Below, piece after piece: positions 19,883 through 29,035 of a stretch of DNA of 64,000 nt. Origin of the DNA: an uncultured bacterium (GTDB lineage: Bacteria; Patescibacteriota; Minisyncoccia; Phycocordibacterales; UBA9973); the NCBI GenBank assembly GCA_903894565.1, contig CAITQP010000011.1, positions 6,515 to 70,514 of the forward strand, read 5' to 3'. A model generated the notes under the pieces. That model was given only the letters and a program-made list of their open reading frames with translations, made no database searches and had not been told where the DNA came from. A program made the position numbers and the translations under genes. The stretch's first letter is position 1, and each line of letters starts with the position of its first letter.

Positions 19883-21109
19883 ATGAACGAGCGTTCACAT
19901 GATTCATTATTTCTCCATGCCGATGGCGACAGCTTCTTTGTGGCGTGCGAACTATCTCAAAACCCCGAGTACGATGGCTTGCCTGTTGTGGTTGGTGAAG
20001 ATCGTGGTATTGCAGTTGCAATGAGCCCCGAAGCAAAGAAACTCGGTGTTACGAGAGGCATGCCTGTATTTCAAATAAAAAAGGAATTTCCGTCCGTTAT
20101 CATTCTCCCGCACCACTTTGATCTCTACCGCAAGATTTCTGATGGCGTATACGCAACTCTACTTTCATATCTTGATAGAGTTGAAATCTACAGCATTGAT
20201 GAATGTTTCGCCGAAGTTAAAATGTCAGATGTTCGATTCTTTGGTAGCGAAAAAAAGCTAGCAATGGCGATTCAGCATGAAATATGGCAAACATTTGGTG
20301 TGACGTATTCAATTGGTATCGCCCGAACGAAAGCACTTGCAAAAACTGCTTCAAAATTAAACAAGCCATCAGGTGTCGTCATATTACTAAATGAATTTGA
20401 GGAACATGAGGCCTTGAAGAAGACTGATGTCGAGGATGTCTGGGGTATCGGACGACGGACGTCGCCACGACTTATACAAATGGGGATACATACCGCTCAT
20501 GATTTCATCATGTATTCGAGTGACCACATAGAAAGATTTTTCTCCGAACCACTTCGAGTATTGCAGTTAGAACTTTCAGGTCAATCAATACACTTAATTG
20601 CATCATGTACCGATCCTCGTGATCAACAATCAATACAATCAACTTCGACATTTCGACCGCCGTCGAATGATCCGCGTATTATTTGGAGCGAATTGAGTGA
20701 TAACGCAGAACATGCGTGTGCCCGGGCGCGGGAACTTCGTCTACTCACAAGGTCAGTTTCTTTTTTTGTAAAAACAACGGAATTCGTGCATCATTTTGCT
20801 GATGCGAAGTTGCCAGTATTTACTACAGATCCAGGAGTCGTTTTAAATGCGCTTGAACCATATCTCTCAACGGTTCTCGTTCGTGGTGAGAGAATTCGAT
20901 CAACAGGTATTATTCTTCACGCATTACTTCGCGAAGAGGATGTACCGAGAGATTTGTTTGGAAGGCAAGATTCAGCATTCGCTCAACTAGTCATCGAAAA
21001 AGTGGCTGATGCTGTGCGCACGAAGTTTGGGCGTGGTGCACTGATGCGAGCATCCTCACAAAAGGTATCTGTCCATGAGCGAGGAAATTCATTTCCAAAG
21101 CGTGGCTAA
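19883..21109 (+). CDS. Y-family DNA polymerase (DinB/UmuC-like)
   Basis: LHADGDSFFVACE, YSIDECF and VWGIG motifs. Confidence 0.93.
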   Translation: MNERSHDSLFLHADGDSFFVACELSQNPEYDGLPVVVGEDRGIAVAMSPEAKKLGVTRGMPVFQIKKEFPSVIILPHHFDLYRKISDGVYATLLSYLDRVEIYSIDECFAEVKMSDVRFFGSEKKLAMAIQHEIWQTFGVTYSIGIARTKALAKTASKLNKPSGVVILLNEFEEHEALKKTDVEDVWGIGRRTSPRLIQMGIHTAHDFIMYSSDHIERFFSEPLRVLQLELSGQSIHLIASCTDPRDQQSIQSTSTFRPPSNDPRIIWSELSDNAEHACARARELRLLTRSVSFFVKTTEFVHHFADAKLPVFTTDPGVVLNALEPYLSTVLVRGERIRSTGIILHALLREEDVPRDLFGRQDSAFAQLVIEKVADAVRTKFGRGALMRASSQKVSVHERGNSFPKRG

Positions 21110-21154
21110 GTATTTTTTGGATTCTCCCAATTGTGTGGTATATACTGTATTAGT

Positions 21155-21508
21155 ATGGGGTACCGAAAACGATACGAAGACAGCTATCTCGATGATGAAG
21201 ACGAGGAGCTCGATGGCGACGACAAAACTGATGGGGAGCGTATCGTCGCGCTTCTTCAAAAACAAACTCGAACAGAGAAAGAAGAGGCTCGAATTCTGAA
21301 ACTCACAGAACGTCTTTTTGTCGGAGCACGTCTCCCAGGAATTCCTGGAGGTCAGGCATTTTTGGGTCTTGCTATGGTCGCAGACGTATATCGAGACCTC
21401 GGTCATACCGAAGCAGCAACAAAACTCTGGGCGCGTATATTAGAGCTCGCAGAGGCAGTGGGCAACCAAGAATTTTACTACAAGGCACTTGATGAAATGA
21501 GTGCATAA
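21155..21508 (+). CDS. Hypothetical protein with acidic N-terminus and TPR-like helices
   Basis: ORF follows a TATACT -10 element. Confidence 0.6.
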   Translation: MGYRKRYEDSYLDDEDEELDGDDKTDGERIVALLQKQTRTEKEEARILKLTERLFVGARLPGIPGGQAFLGLAMVADVYRDLGHTEAATKLWARILELAEAVGNQEFYYKALDEMSA

Positions 21509-21521
21509 AACAAAACGATAA

Positions 21522-21785
21522 ATGAATACACTGAACAAAGAAACAAAAAAGAAAATCGCACTTCATTCTGAAGTACGCGAAAAAACAACAGGATATATTC
21601 TTGCTGCGCTCGGACTCGTTGCCGGTCTTGCGTGGAATGATGCGATTAGCTCAGCTATCAAGGTAATTTTTCCTCTCGAATCAAATGGGCTTATCGCAAA
21701 ATTTATTTACGCTGTAGTCATTACTATCGCGATTGTAATGATCTCAACCTCGTTGTTAAAAGTTCTCGAACCGAAAGAGTGTTAG
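21522..21785 (+). CDS. DUF5654-family membrane protein
   Basis: AALGLVAGLAWNDAI...KFIYAVVIT motif. Confidence 0.85.
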   Translation: MNTLNKETKKKIALHSEVREKTTGYILAALGLVAGLAWNDAISSAIKVIFPLESNGLIAKFIYAVVITIAIVMISTSLLKVLEPKEC

Positions 21786-22264
21786 AGCGACTTTACTTTC
21801 AAGTTTGAACGTTTGTTCTTGTCGATTTTTGGCATGCGTACCGTAAGGAGGCCGTGGCGCTCCATCGCCTCGGATTCTTCTGGTTCGATTTCTTGTGGAA
21901 GCGCTACGCTTCGTGAAAAACTGCCCCAGTACAACTCTTTACTAAAGAAATCATCGTTTTGTATTGTTCGATTTTCGTGACGTTTACCTTTGATGGTGAG
22001 CATGTCACGTGTGATATTTATTTCAAGATCTTCAGGACGAACACCTGCGACAAAAGTCTGTACTACGATATCGTTAGCGGTTTGATATACATCAAGTGCG
22101 AGTTCACCATCTCCTTCAGCCTCTTCATCGCTATTCCAAAGATCTTCATTCTCAAGGCTTTTGATTGAAGGGCGCTTCTCTTCGATTTTTGTTTCTTCTT
22201 CGTCGAGACGAATACCGCCAGAAAGTCTCTCAAAGAAAGAACGTTTTTTTTCATTTTTTGCCAT
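21782..22264 (-). CDS. Hsp20/alpha-crystallin small heat-shock protein
   Basis: LDVYQT...AGVRPEDL...ELYWGSFSRSVALP...GLLTVRMPK. Confidence 0.95.
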   Translation of the reverse strand: MAKNEKKRSFFERLSGGIRLDEEETKIEEKRPSIKSLENEDLWNSDEEAEGDGELALDVYQTANDIVVQTFVAGVRPEDLEINITRDMLTIKGKRHENRTIQNDDFFSKELYWGSFSRSVALPQEIEPEESEAMERHGLLTVRMPKIDKNKRSNLKVKSL

Positions 22265-22268
22265 AGTT

Positions 22269-23027
22269 TTAATTTTGAGCATATTGCACTGGAGTGGGTT
22301 GCTGTTGATCTTGAACGTAACTTCCCATACGGCGCAATTTCTCGAAGAGGAGCATTATGATAATGGTTACAACCCAGAGGAAGCCGAAAACTTGTAGAAA
22401 GTTTTCGCCGTTCTTCTGCATTATAAAAAAGTTAAACACACTGTGCAAGGCAATCGCAGCTGCAAGTCCAAAAATCGTGTAGAAAAATTTTGATCCACTT
22501 GATTTAAAGAACGCAAGTCCGATAGAAAGCCCTACGATGCCACTTGAAACAGAGTGAAGAAGTGTCGATCCAAGGAAGCGCATGTTTCCGGTGAGGAACG
22601 AGACTGTCGCATCATTAACAGCTACTGGGTGGATTAAATACATCGCGTTTTCGAGCGCTGCAAATCCAAGTGCTGCTGTCATGAGATAGAGTGGGTAATC
22701 AACTGGTTCGTCGAGATAGGGACTACGAGTCATGATGATGACGAATGCGGCATATTTTAGAAATTCCTCACTTGTTGCCCAGAGCGCAATAAGTGTTGTG
22801 TGACTAAACGGAAGTGTGGAAATAAATTTCTCAATAGGAAGCACAAGTATCACTGAAACCATTCCAGCGATAAAGGTGAGTGCGACGAGGCCTGTTGGTT
22901 CATGTTGGCCATTTTCGTCTTCGCGAAGCCAGAAAAATAACCACAACACTGAAGGAACCACTCCTGCGATTAGAGCAATAATAAAAACAGTTGGGTTGCT
23001 TGCGAATGTAATGTTTAGATTTTGCAT
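22269..23027 (-). CDS. prsW: PrsW-family intramembrane metalloprotease
   Basis: EEFLK, ALGFAALEN, LLH and LHSVFN motifs. Confidence 0.9.
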   Translation of the reverse strand: MQNLNITFASNPTVFIIALIAGVVPSVLWLFFWLREDENGQHEPTGLVALTFIAGMVSVILVLPIEKFISTLPFSHTTLIALWATSEEFLKYAAFVIIMTRSPYLDEPVDYPLYLMTAALGFAALENAMYLIHPVAVNDATVSFLTGNMRFLGSTLLHSVSSGIVGLSIGLAFFKSSGSKFFYTIFGLAAAIALHSVFNFFIMQKNGENFLQVFGFLWVVTIIIMLLFEKLRRMGSYVQDQQQPTPVQYAQN

Positions 23028-25735
23028 GGCCACTCTTCTACGAGCAGAAGATTCTTATCATTATACACTGTATTCCAAAGTTCTTCAGTGATATACGGCA
23101 TGAATGGGTGTAATGCACGGAGGAGAAGGGGAAGTGCTGTCACAAGCATTTGTTGTGCCGATTCAGAATTTGTACCACTCGCAATCTTGTTTTTACTTCT
23201 TTCGATCACTATGTCTGCGAATGTGTGCCAGGTGTAGTGATACAGTTTTTCTGCGACGAGATAAAATTTGTACTCGTTCATCTCTTTTGTGATCTCCTTC
23301 AAGAGTGAGTTTATTTCATCAATCGTCGCTTGGTCTTCTGTGTCGAGAGTGTGCGCTTGTGTCGTGTCGAGTTTTGTCGTATTTTCCATTACGAAACGCG
23401 CGATGTTCCAGAGCTTGTTTGCAAATTTTGAGTACGCTTTGATTTTTTCTTCGCCAAGGTTGCTGTCTGAACCTGGTCCAACACCAACGATCATGGCCAT
23501 TCGAAGTGCGTCTGTGCCATATTTATCTATGAGTGTGATCGGATCAACAATGTTACCAAGTGATTTTGACATTTTGCGCCCCTTTTCGTCGCGAACGAGG
23601 CCGTGGAAGTACACAGTCTTGAATGGGATTTCGCCGATGAGGTAGGTACTCATAAGTATCATACGAGCAACCCAGAAGAAAATAATATCGTGACCTGTCT
23701 CAAGTACCGATGTTGGGTGGAACATCTTGAGGTCGTGTGTCTTTTGTGGCCACCCGAGCGTGGAGAATGTCCAAAGACCTGATGAAAACCACGTATCAAG
23801 TGTATCCTCATCCTGAGTAAGATTTTCTTCTGTTGGGTTTTGCATCAACATGAATTCATGTGTCGAGGCGTTTTCCATTGTGCAGAGTTCTGCGAACTCA
23901 ACGAAGCGTTCTTTTTGAACACCTTCGATGTGTGCTTTCATGCAACAGTTGAATCCATTGTGTCCGACCATGAGTAAGGTACCTTCGGTCTCAACGGACT
24001 CGAGTTTTTTGAATACAGAAACAACGCGCTGTTCAATCTGCGCGAGGTTTTCTCCTTTTTGTGACGCAATTGCCGTGCGGAAAGGAATACCTTTTTCTGG
24101 CCAGGGTGTGTTTTCGAGATCTCCAACTTCGTATTCTCGATAGTCTGACCATTCTTCGATAGAGCTTGGGTCAATACCAAGTTCCTTTGCGATTATTTCT
24201 GCTGTCTCGCGAGCGCGAGGAAGATTGGAAGAAATAATTTTTGTGATATTTTCTGACTTTAGTTTTTCACCAAGTTCCTTTGCTTGTGCTCGGCCCGTAT
24301 CGGTGAGTGGAGATTGACTTCTGCCACCGGCAAACAAGCGAAGCTTATTCGCCTCACTTTCACCATGACGTGCGAGTAGTATACGACGCTCTTTGGGGAC
24401 ATGAATTGCTCCGTCTTTGTCGTACCATACTGGAATACGATGTCCGTACCAGATTTGACGTGAAATACACCAATCACGCAGATTGTTGACCCAGTTGTAG
24501 TAGACGTTTTCGAAACGGTCGGGGAGGATCTCAATTTGTTTTTCACGAATTGGCTCAAGCATCAATTCTTTGAGTGTTTTGTTTCCGCGACCAGCAATTG
24601 GTTTGTTCACATTCACGAACCATTGATTCATAACCTGGGGTTCGATCGTTGCGCCAGTACGTTCAGCTGTGGCGATATTGTGTACGTAGTCTTCTGTTTT
24701 TTCAACGAGACCTTTTGATTCAAGTTTCGCAATTATTTTTGCGCGAGCATCGGTAATTTTCATTCCCGCGAATTCACCGGCGACTGGCAACAATTTCCCG
24801 TATTTATCAATGATTTGTTCTTTATCGAGTTTGTGTCGTTCTGCCATTTCAAAGTCGACAACAGAGTGCCATGGGGTGATAGTCATTACACCAGTACCGA
24901 ATTCCATGTCGATCGCCTCGTCTTTGATAATGATCGCTTCGATTGGACCGTTGATCCATTCCACAGTCAGTTTGTCTCCGTGCTTAAAGTTCGCATATCG
25001 CGCATCGTCTGGATGCATGACAACATATTTGTCACCAAACTTGGTTTCCGGACGCGCTGTACCAATAGTGAACGGACCGTATTTGAGATAATAGAATTTT
25101 GTTTTTTCTTCCACGTACACCATTTCGTCATCTGAAATAACTGTTTGACCTTTTGGATCCCAGTTCACGATGCGGTGCCCACGATAAATGAGCCCGTCGT
25201 TGTACATGCGGGAGAATGCGGTGCGAACGGCGAGGTTGCGTGTGGCGTCGAGGGTGAATGCTTCACGGCTCCAGTCGAGGGAGGCTCCCATCCGCTTCGC
25301 TTGGCCAACAATAGTGTCGTGTGATTCTTGCGCGAATTTGTTGACGCGGGCAAGGAATTCTTCGCGACCGAGATCTTGTTTGCGTTTACCTTCTTCTTTT
25401 TCGAGAATTTTTTCAACTTTGGATTGTGTGGCGATTGCAGCGTGGTCGGTACCAGGGAGCCACAGTGTGCGCTTGCCTTGCATGCGAGCATAGCGAGTCA
25501 TGATATCTTCGATGACGAGCATGAGCGCGTGTCCAGTGTGAAGCGTGCCTGTTACGTTCGGTGGTGGCAAAACCATTGAAAATGGCTCTGCGTCCGCTTT
25601 TGTAACGCCTTTTTCGACACAGATGTCCGGGTTAAAGAACCCGCTTTCAAGCCACTCTGCGTAAATGCGAGATTCCGTGTCTTTTGCGCTGTAGGGTTTG
25701 AGGAGTTTTTCGGGGATGTTATTGTCGTTGTGCAT
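23015..25735 (-). CDS. valS: Valyl-tRNA synthetase with inserted histidine-phosphatase domain
   Basis: PPPNVTGTLHTGH, DWCISRQIWYGHRIP, DTWFSSGLW and KMSKS motifs; RHGE...VGH insert at about 23850-24390. Confidence 0.97.
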   Translation of the reverse strand: MHNDNNIPEKLLKPYSAKDTESRIYAEWLESGFFNPDICVEKGVTKADAEPFSMVLPPPNVTGTLHTGHALMLVIEDIMTRYARMQGKRTLWLPGTDHAAIATQSKVEKILEKEEGKRKQDLGREEFLARVNKFAQESHDTIVGQAKRMGASLDWSREAFTLDATRNLAVRTAFSRMYNDGLIYRGHRIVNWDPKGQTVISDDEMVYVEEKTKFYYLKYGPFTIGTARPETKFGDKYVVMHPDDARYANFKHGDKLTVEWINGPIEAIIIKDEAIDMEFGTGVMTITPWHSVVDFEMAERHKLDKEQIIDKYGKLLPVAGEFAGMKITDARAKIIAKLESKGLVEKTEDYVHNIATAERTGATIEPQVMNQWFVNVNKPIAGRGNKTLKELMLEPIREKQIEILPDRFENVYYNWVNNLRDWCISRQIWYGHRIPVWYDKDGAIHVPKERRILLARHGESEANKLRLFAGGRSQSPLTDTGRAQAKELGEKLKSENITKIISSNLPRARETAEIIAKELGIDPSSIEEWSDYREYEVGDLENTPWPEKGIPFRTAIASQKGENLAQIEQRVVSVFKKLESVETEGTLLMVGHNGFNCCMKAHIEGVQKERFVEFAELCTMENASTHEFMLMQNPTEENLTQDEDTLDTWFSSGLWTFSTLGWPQKTHDLKMFHPTSVLETGHDIIFFWVARMILMSTYLIGEIPFKTVYFHGLVRDEKGRKMSKSLGNIVDPITLIDKYGTDALRMAMIVGVGPGSDSNLGEEKIKAYSKFANKLWNIARFVMENTTKLDTTQAHTLDTEDQATIDEINSLLKEITKEMNEYKFYLVAEKLYHYTWHTFADIVIERSKNKIASGTNSESAQQMLVTALPLLLRALHPFMPYITEELWNTVYNDKNLLLVEEWPCKI

Positions 25736-25789
25736 AAAAAAAGTATAGCATTTTAGGCTTTATTTTCAATGATAATGGTTTGATTTTGT

Positions 25790-26166
25790 AAAATACGGGA
25801 GGACATGGTGCCATCCCGTATTATGTATTTAGGGTTAGTCCTGTATTAAATCGGACTAAAGTTTCCTCGATACTCCGGATAGTTCGCTAACGGAACGTAC
25901 TCTGGGGTATTTGGATTGATTACTTGAGCGTTTTGCTCAACCGTAATTGGGTTTTCTGTTGTGGTGCTAGTAGTAATTACACCGGCCTTTTCGCTCTGGT
26001 TTTCCATCTGCTATATATTTTTTTTGAAAGGACTATTTTTATAGTGGTATTTTTTTGGACCACCGTTCTTGAGACTTCTTGAATCTCGAGAACGCTAGTT
26101 CAAAACTTGTGGGCTTGGCATTCTTTGCAAAAAGAGCGGCTCCCTTTCGGGAGCCGCTCTTTTTGT
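25790..26166 (+). ncRNA. Candidate multi-hairpin structured RNA antisense to the valS leader
   Basis: At least five adjacent hairpins, with G-U pairs favouring the + strand, ending at a bidirectional terminator. Confidence 0.45.
26127..26166. terminator. Intrinsic terminator (candidate attenuator terminator on the - strand; GAAA loop)
   Basis: GCAAAAAGAGCGGCTCCC-tttc-GGGAGCCGCTCTTTTTGT. Confidence 0.9.
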
Positions 26167-26183
26167 TGTTTTGTTATTTCGTC

Positions 26184-26258
26184 TTATGCAACAAAGTGGC
26201 CCCCTCGGAATGAGTTGGTGACGACGACCACGACTGTTGTTGTTCTTGCTTTGAACAT
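26184..26258 (-). CDS. Putative valS attenuator leader peptide MFKARTTTVVVVVTNSFRGGHFVA
   Basis: Five tandem Val codons; same strand as valS and upstream of it; followed by antiterminator and terminator. Confidence 0.7.
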   Translation of the reverse strand: MFKARTTTVVVVVTNSFRGGHFVA

Positions 26259-26310
26259 ACTCTATTTATATCAAACTGACTGAGTTTGTCGAAGCTCTGG
26301 TGTGGATAAG

Positions 26311-27477
26311 CTAGAGGGACATATTCCCACTAGCGAGAAGTTTCTTTGAAGTACTACGAACTTTCTTTCCAAACGAACCTGCGATGCCGATCATAATGGC
26401 ATTATCTGTCGTAAGTGTTTTTGTTGGGAATGTCGCCTCGATGCCGTATTCTTTGCAAGCTCGAGTGAGGACTATTCGGAGATGTTTGTTTGCCGAAACT
26501 CCGCCACCAACGATGACTGATTTTGCTTTGTATTTTTTTACTGCTTTCATTGTTTTTGTAACGAGCACTTCAATGGCAGAATTTTCGAATTCACACGCGA
26601 TTTCTTTTTTTGTTGCTTCGTTTAGATCTCCAAGTTTTTTGATGAGGTACAGCACAGCGGTCTTGAGTCCAGAAAACGAAAAATCCAAATTGTCGGAATG
26701 GATCATCGGTCGCGGAAGAGTAATCGTCTTTTTGATTTCTCCGTGACTGATACTGTCGCGTATGCTTTCAGCGAGACGAGAAATTTCTGGTCCGCCTGGA
26801 TAGGGAAGTCCGAGCATGCGCGCGACTTTGTCGAATGCTTCACCCGCTGCATCGTCGAGTGTTTTTCCAACAACGGAATATTTTCCAACGCCTTTTACAA
26901 GCACAAGCTCTGTATGTCCACCCGAAACGAGCAGGGAAATCGCGGGGGTTGCCATTTTGGTGATCGTAAATTCTGTTTTTGATTCTTGGGGAAATATGGA
27001 AAGTACATGTCCTTCCATGTGATTGACTGGTACGAGTGGAATACCCCACACATACGAAAGCGCTTTGGCAAAATTGATTCCGACCCAGAGTGCTGGTTCG
27101 AGCCCCGGTCCAACGGTGACAGTGATGCGATCAATTTTGGGTTTTTGAAGACGGGGAATTTCCTTGAGGAAAAGTTCAAGCATTTCCGGCTCGCGTTCAA
27201 GCAACTTTGTGATTTTTGCGACAGTGCGTGTTTTCCATCCTGAACTTTTTTTTGATTCAGTAAATACGCCTGCTTCTTTGAGTGTCTCAAGAAAAAGTGG
27301 CACGATATTGCGACTGTGCTCACGCTTTGCCATCATCGGAAACACACCTCCATATTGAGTATGGAGTGCGATCTGCGAGGCGACTTGATGGGCATGAAGT
27401 GTGCAGTGGTTGCCTTTTCGCGTGAGGATGGCGATCGCTGTCTCGTCGCACGAAGTTTCGATTGCGAGAATATTCAT
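26311..27477 (-). CDS. tsaD: tRNA N6-threonylcarbamoyltransferase TsaD
   Basis: ILAIETSCDET, HMEGH, LVSGGHT, DDAAGEAFDKVAR and TDNAIMI motifs. Confidence 0.97.
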   Translation of the reverse strand: MNILAIETSCDETAIAILTRKGNHCTLHAHQVASQIALHTQYGGVFPMMAKREHSRNIVPLFLETLKEAGVFTESKKSSGWKTRTVAKITKLLEREPEMLELFLKEIPRLQKPKIDRITVTVGPGLEPALWVGINFAKALSYVWGIPLVPVNHMEGHVLSIFPQESKTEFTITKMATPAISLLVSGGHTELVLVKGVGKYSVVGKTLDDAAGEAFDKVARMLGLPYPGGPEISRLAESIRDSISHGEIKKTITLPRPMIHSDNLDFSFSGLKTAVLYLIKKLGDLNEATKKEIACEFENSAIEVLVTKTMKAVKKYKAKSVIVGGGVSANKHLRIVLTRACKEYGIEATFPTKTLTTDNAIMIGIAGSFGKKVRSTSKKLLASGNMSL

Positions 27478-27480
27478 AGG

Positions 27481-28998
27481 TTACATTCCTTTGACGACAC
27501 GAATCTGTGCACCGATACCATTGAGACGCTCTGCGATTTCTTCATAACCACGCGTGATTGAATATACGTTACGAAGGACTGATGTGCCTTCAGCAGCAAG
27601 CATGGCGATCAAAATGACAGCTGATGGACGGAGTGCTGGAGGACAGACAATTTGAGCTGCGCGAAGTTTTGTTGGTCCTTCAATGAATGCACGATGTGGA
27701 TCGACGAGACGAACATTCGCTCCGAGCTTGTTGAGTTCGGTGAAATAAATCGCGCGATTTTCCCATGTCCAATCGTGAATGAGTGTTGTACCTTTGGCCT
27801 GTGTTGCGATTGGTACAAAGAAGGGAAGATTGTCATTCTGCATTCCCGGGAATGGTTGTGCGTGTAATTTTTCAAGCGGAGCAATGAGCTTGGATGGGGA
27901 AACGGAAATATCACGAAGCGTTGTGCGTCCGTTGTTTGATTTGTATGACTTACTCATTTTGAACTTCACACCCATTTGGCGAAGTTTCTCAATTTCGAGT
28001 TCGATGAATTCAATAGGGCAATGTGTGACCGTCAGAGAACTTTTGGTGACGATTCCAGCAGAAAGAAAGAACATTGATTCAATTGGATCTTCACTATTCC
28101 AGTGCTCAATCGTTTCGTTGATGTTCTCGCGACCGTGCACTGTAAGTGTTGTTGTGCCGATTCCCTCGATTTTGACGCCCATTTTCTCGATAAGAAAACA
28201 CACATCTTGCACTTGATAGTTTGGTGGTGCAAAACGAATGATTGACGTGCCCGCAATGCCAGCTGCCGCGATAAGCATCCCGATCGCTCCGGTATCACTT
28301 GATTCATAGAGTACGAATTCTGCGGGTTTGAGTTTTTTGTAACCAATATCGTATCTATCAGTAACTGTTTTGATGTTCACTCCAAATTTGTTGAGTCCAT
28401 ATTTATGTGCCGCGATAGTGCGTTCACCCATTTTACATCCACCGGAATGTGGGAATGAAAATGATTTCTGCCAATGAATGAGCGCTCCAACGAAAGTGAA
28501 TGAGCGCGTCTTACGAGCTGATTCAAGATTCATTCGATCAAAAGTAAGTTTTGTTGGTGGAATAATTTCGAGCGTGTCTTTTTCTGTCCAGCGCACGGCC
28601 ACACCAAGTGACTCCATAATTTCGATATAGCGGAATACTTCTTCGATACGTGGAATACCGTGGAGAATTGTTTTGCCTTTGTTGAGTAGGGAAGCACAGA
28701 GCATATTGATTGCTCCATTTTTGGAATAGTTGGTACGAATACTCCCTTTGAGTTCGCGCCCGCCGGTCACTTCGAAATCCATGCTTTTTGAAAGCGAGAG
28801 TATTTGGCGTCCGAGGAGTTCACTAATTTTTGCGAGATTGGATACTGTCAAATTTTGCTCACCTTTTTCCATTCGAGCAACGGCGCTTTGAGAGGTGCTG
28901 AGTGCGCTTGCGAATTCTGCTTGGGTGAGACCTCGCTCTTCGCGCAGGTTTTTGATAAACAAACCAATCTTTTCCTGGTCGTCTTTTGTTTTTGCCAT
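27481..28998 (-). CDS. murA: UDP-GlcNAc 1-carboxyvinyltransferase with N-terminal XRE HTH
   Basis: LREERGLTQAEFA...SQSAVARMEKG HTH followed by SKNG, GGCKMGER and ALRPS MurA motifs. Confidence 0.93.
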   Translation of the reverse strand: MAKTKDDQEKIGLFIKNLREERGLTQAEFASALSTSQSAVARMEKGEQNLTVSNLAKISELLGRQILSLSKSMDFEVTGGRELKGSIRTNYSKNGAINMLCASLLNKGKTILHGIPRIEEVFRYIEIMESLGVAVRWTEKDTLEIIPPTKLTFDRMNLESARKTRSFTFVGALIHWQKSFSFPHSGGCKMGERTIAAHKYGLNKFGVNIKTVTDRYDIGYKKLKPAEFVLYESSDTGAIGMLIAAAGIAGTSIIRFAPPNYQVQDVCFLIEKMGVKIEGIGTTTLTVHGRENINETIEHWNSEDPIESMFFLSAGIVTKSSLTVTHCPIEFIELEIEKLRQMGVKFKMSKSYKSNNGRTTLRDISVSPSKLIAPLEKLHAQPFPGMQNDNLPFFVPIATQAKGTTLIHDWTWENRAIYFTELNKLGANVRLVDPHRAFIEGPTKLRAAQIVCPPALRPSAVILIAMLAAEGTSVLRNVYSITRGYEEIAERLNGIGAQIRVVKGM

Positions 28999-29007
28999 AG
29001 TGGAAAT

Positions 29008-29029
29008 AATATCTCATATATGATATATT
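29008..29029. promoter_or_regulatory. Palindrome between divergent murA and murB (candidate operator)
   Basis: AATATCTCA-TATA-TGATATATT within a 37-bp intergenic gap. Confidence 0.5.
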
Positions 29030-29035
29030 TGCAAT

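Noticed and set aside
25736-26310. T-box riboswitch, tmRNA or RNase P RNA upstream of valS
   Set aside because: No T-box UGGNACC bulge before the terminator, no tRNA-like ends and no GAGGAAAGUCC motif.
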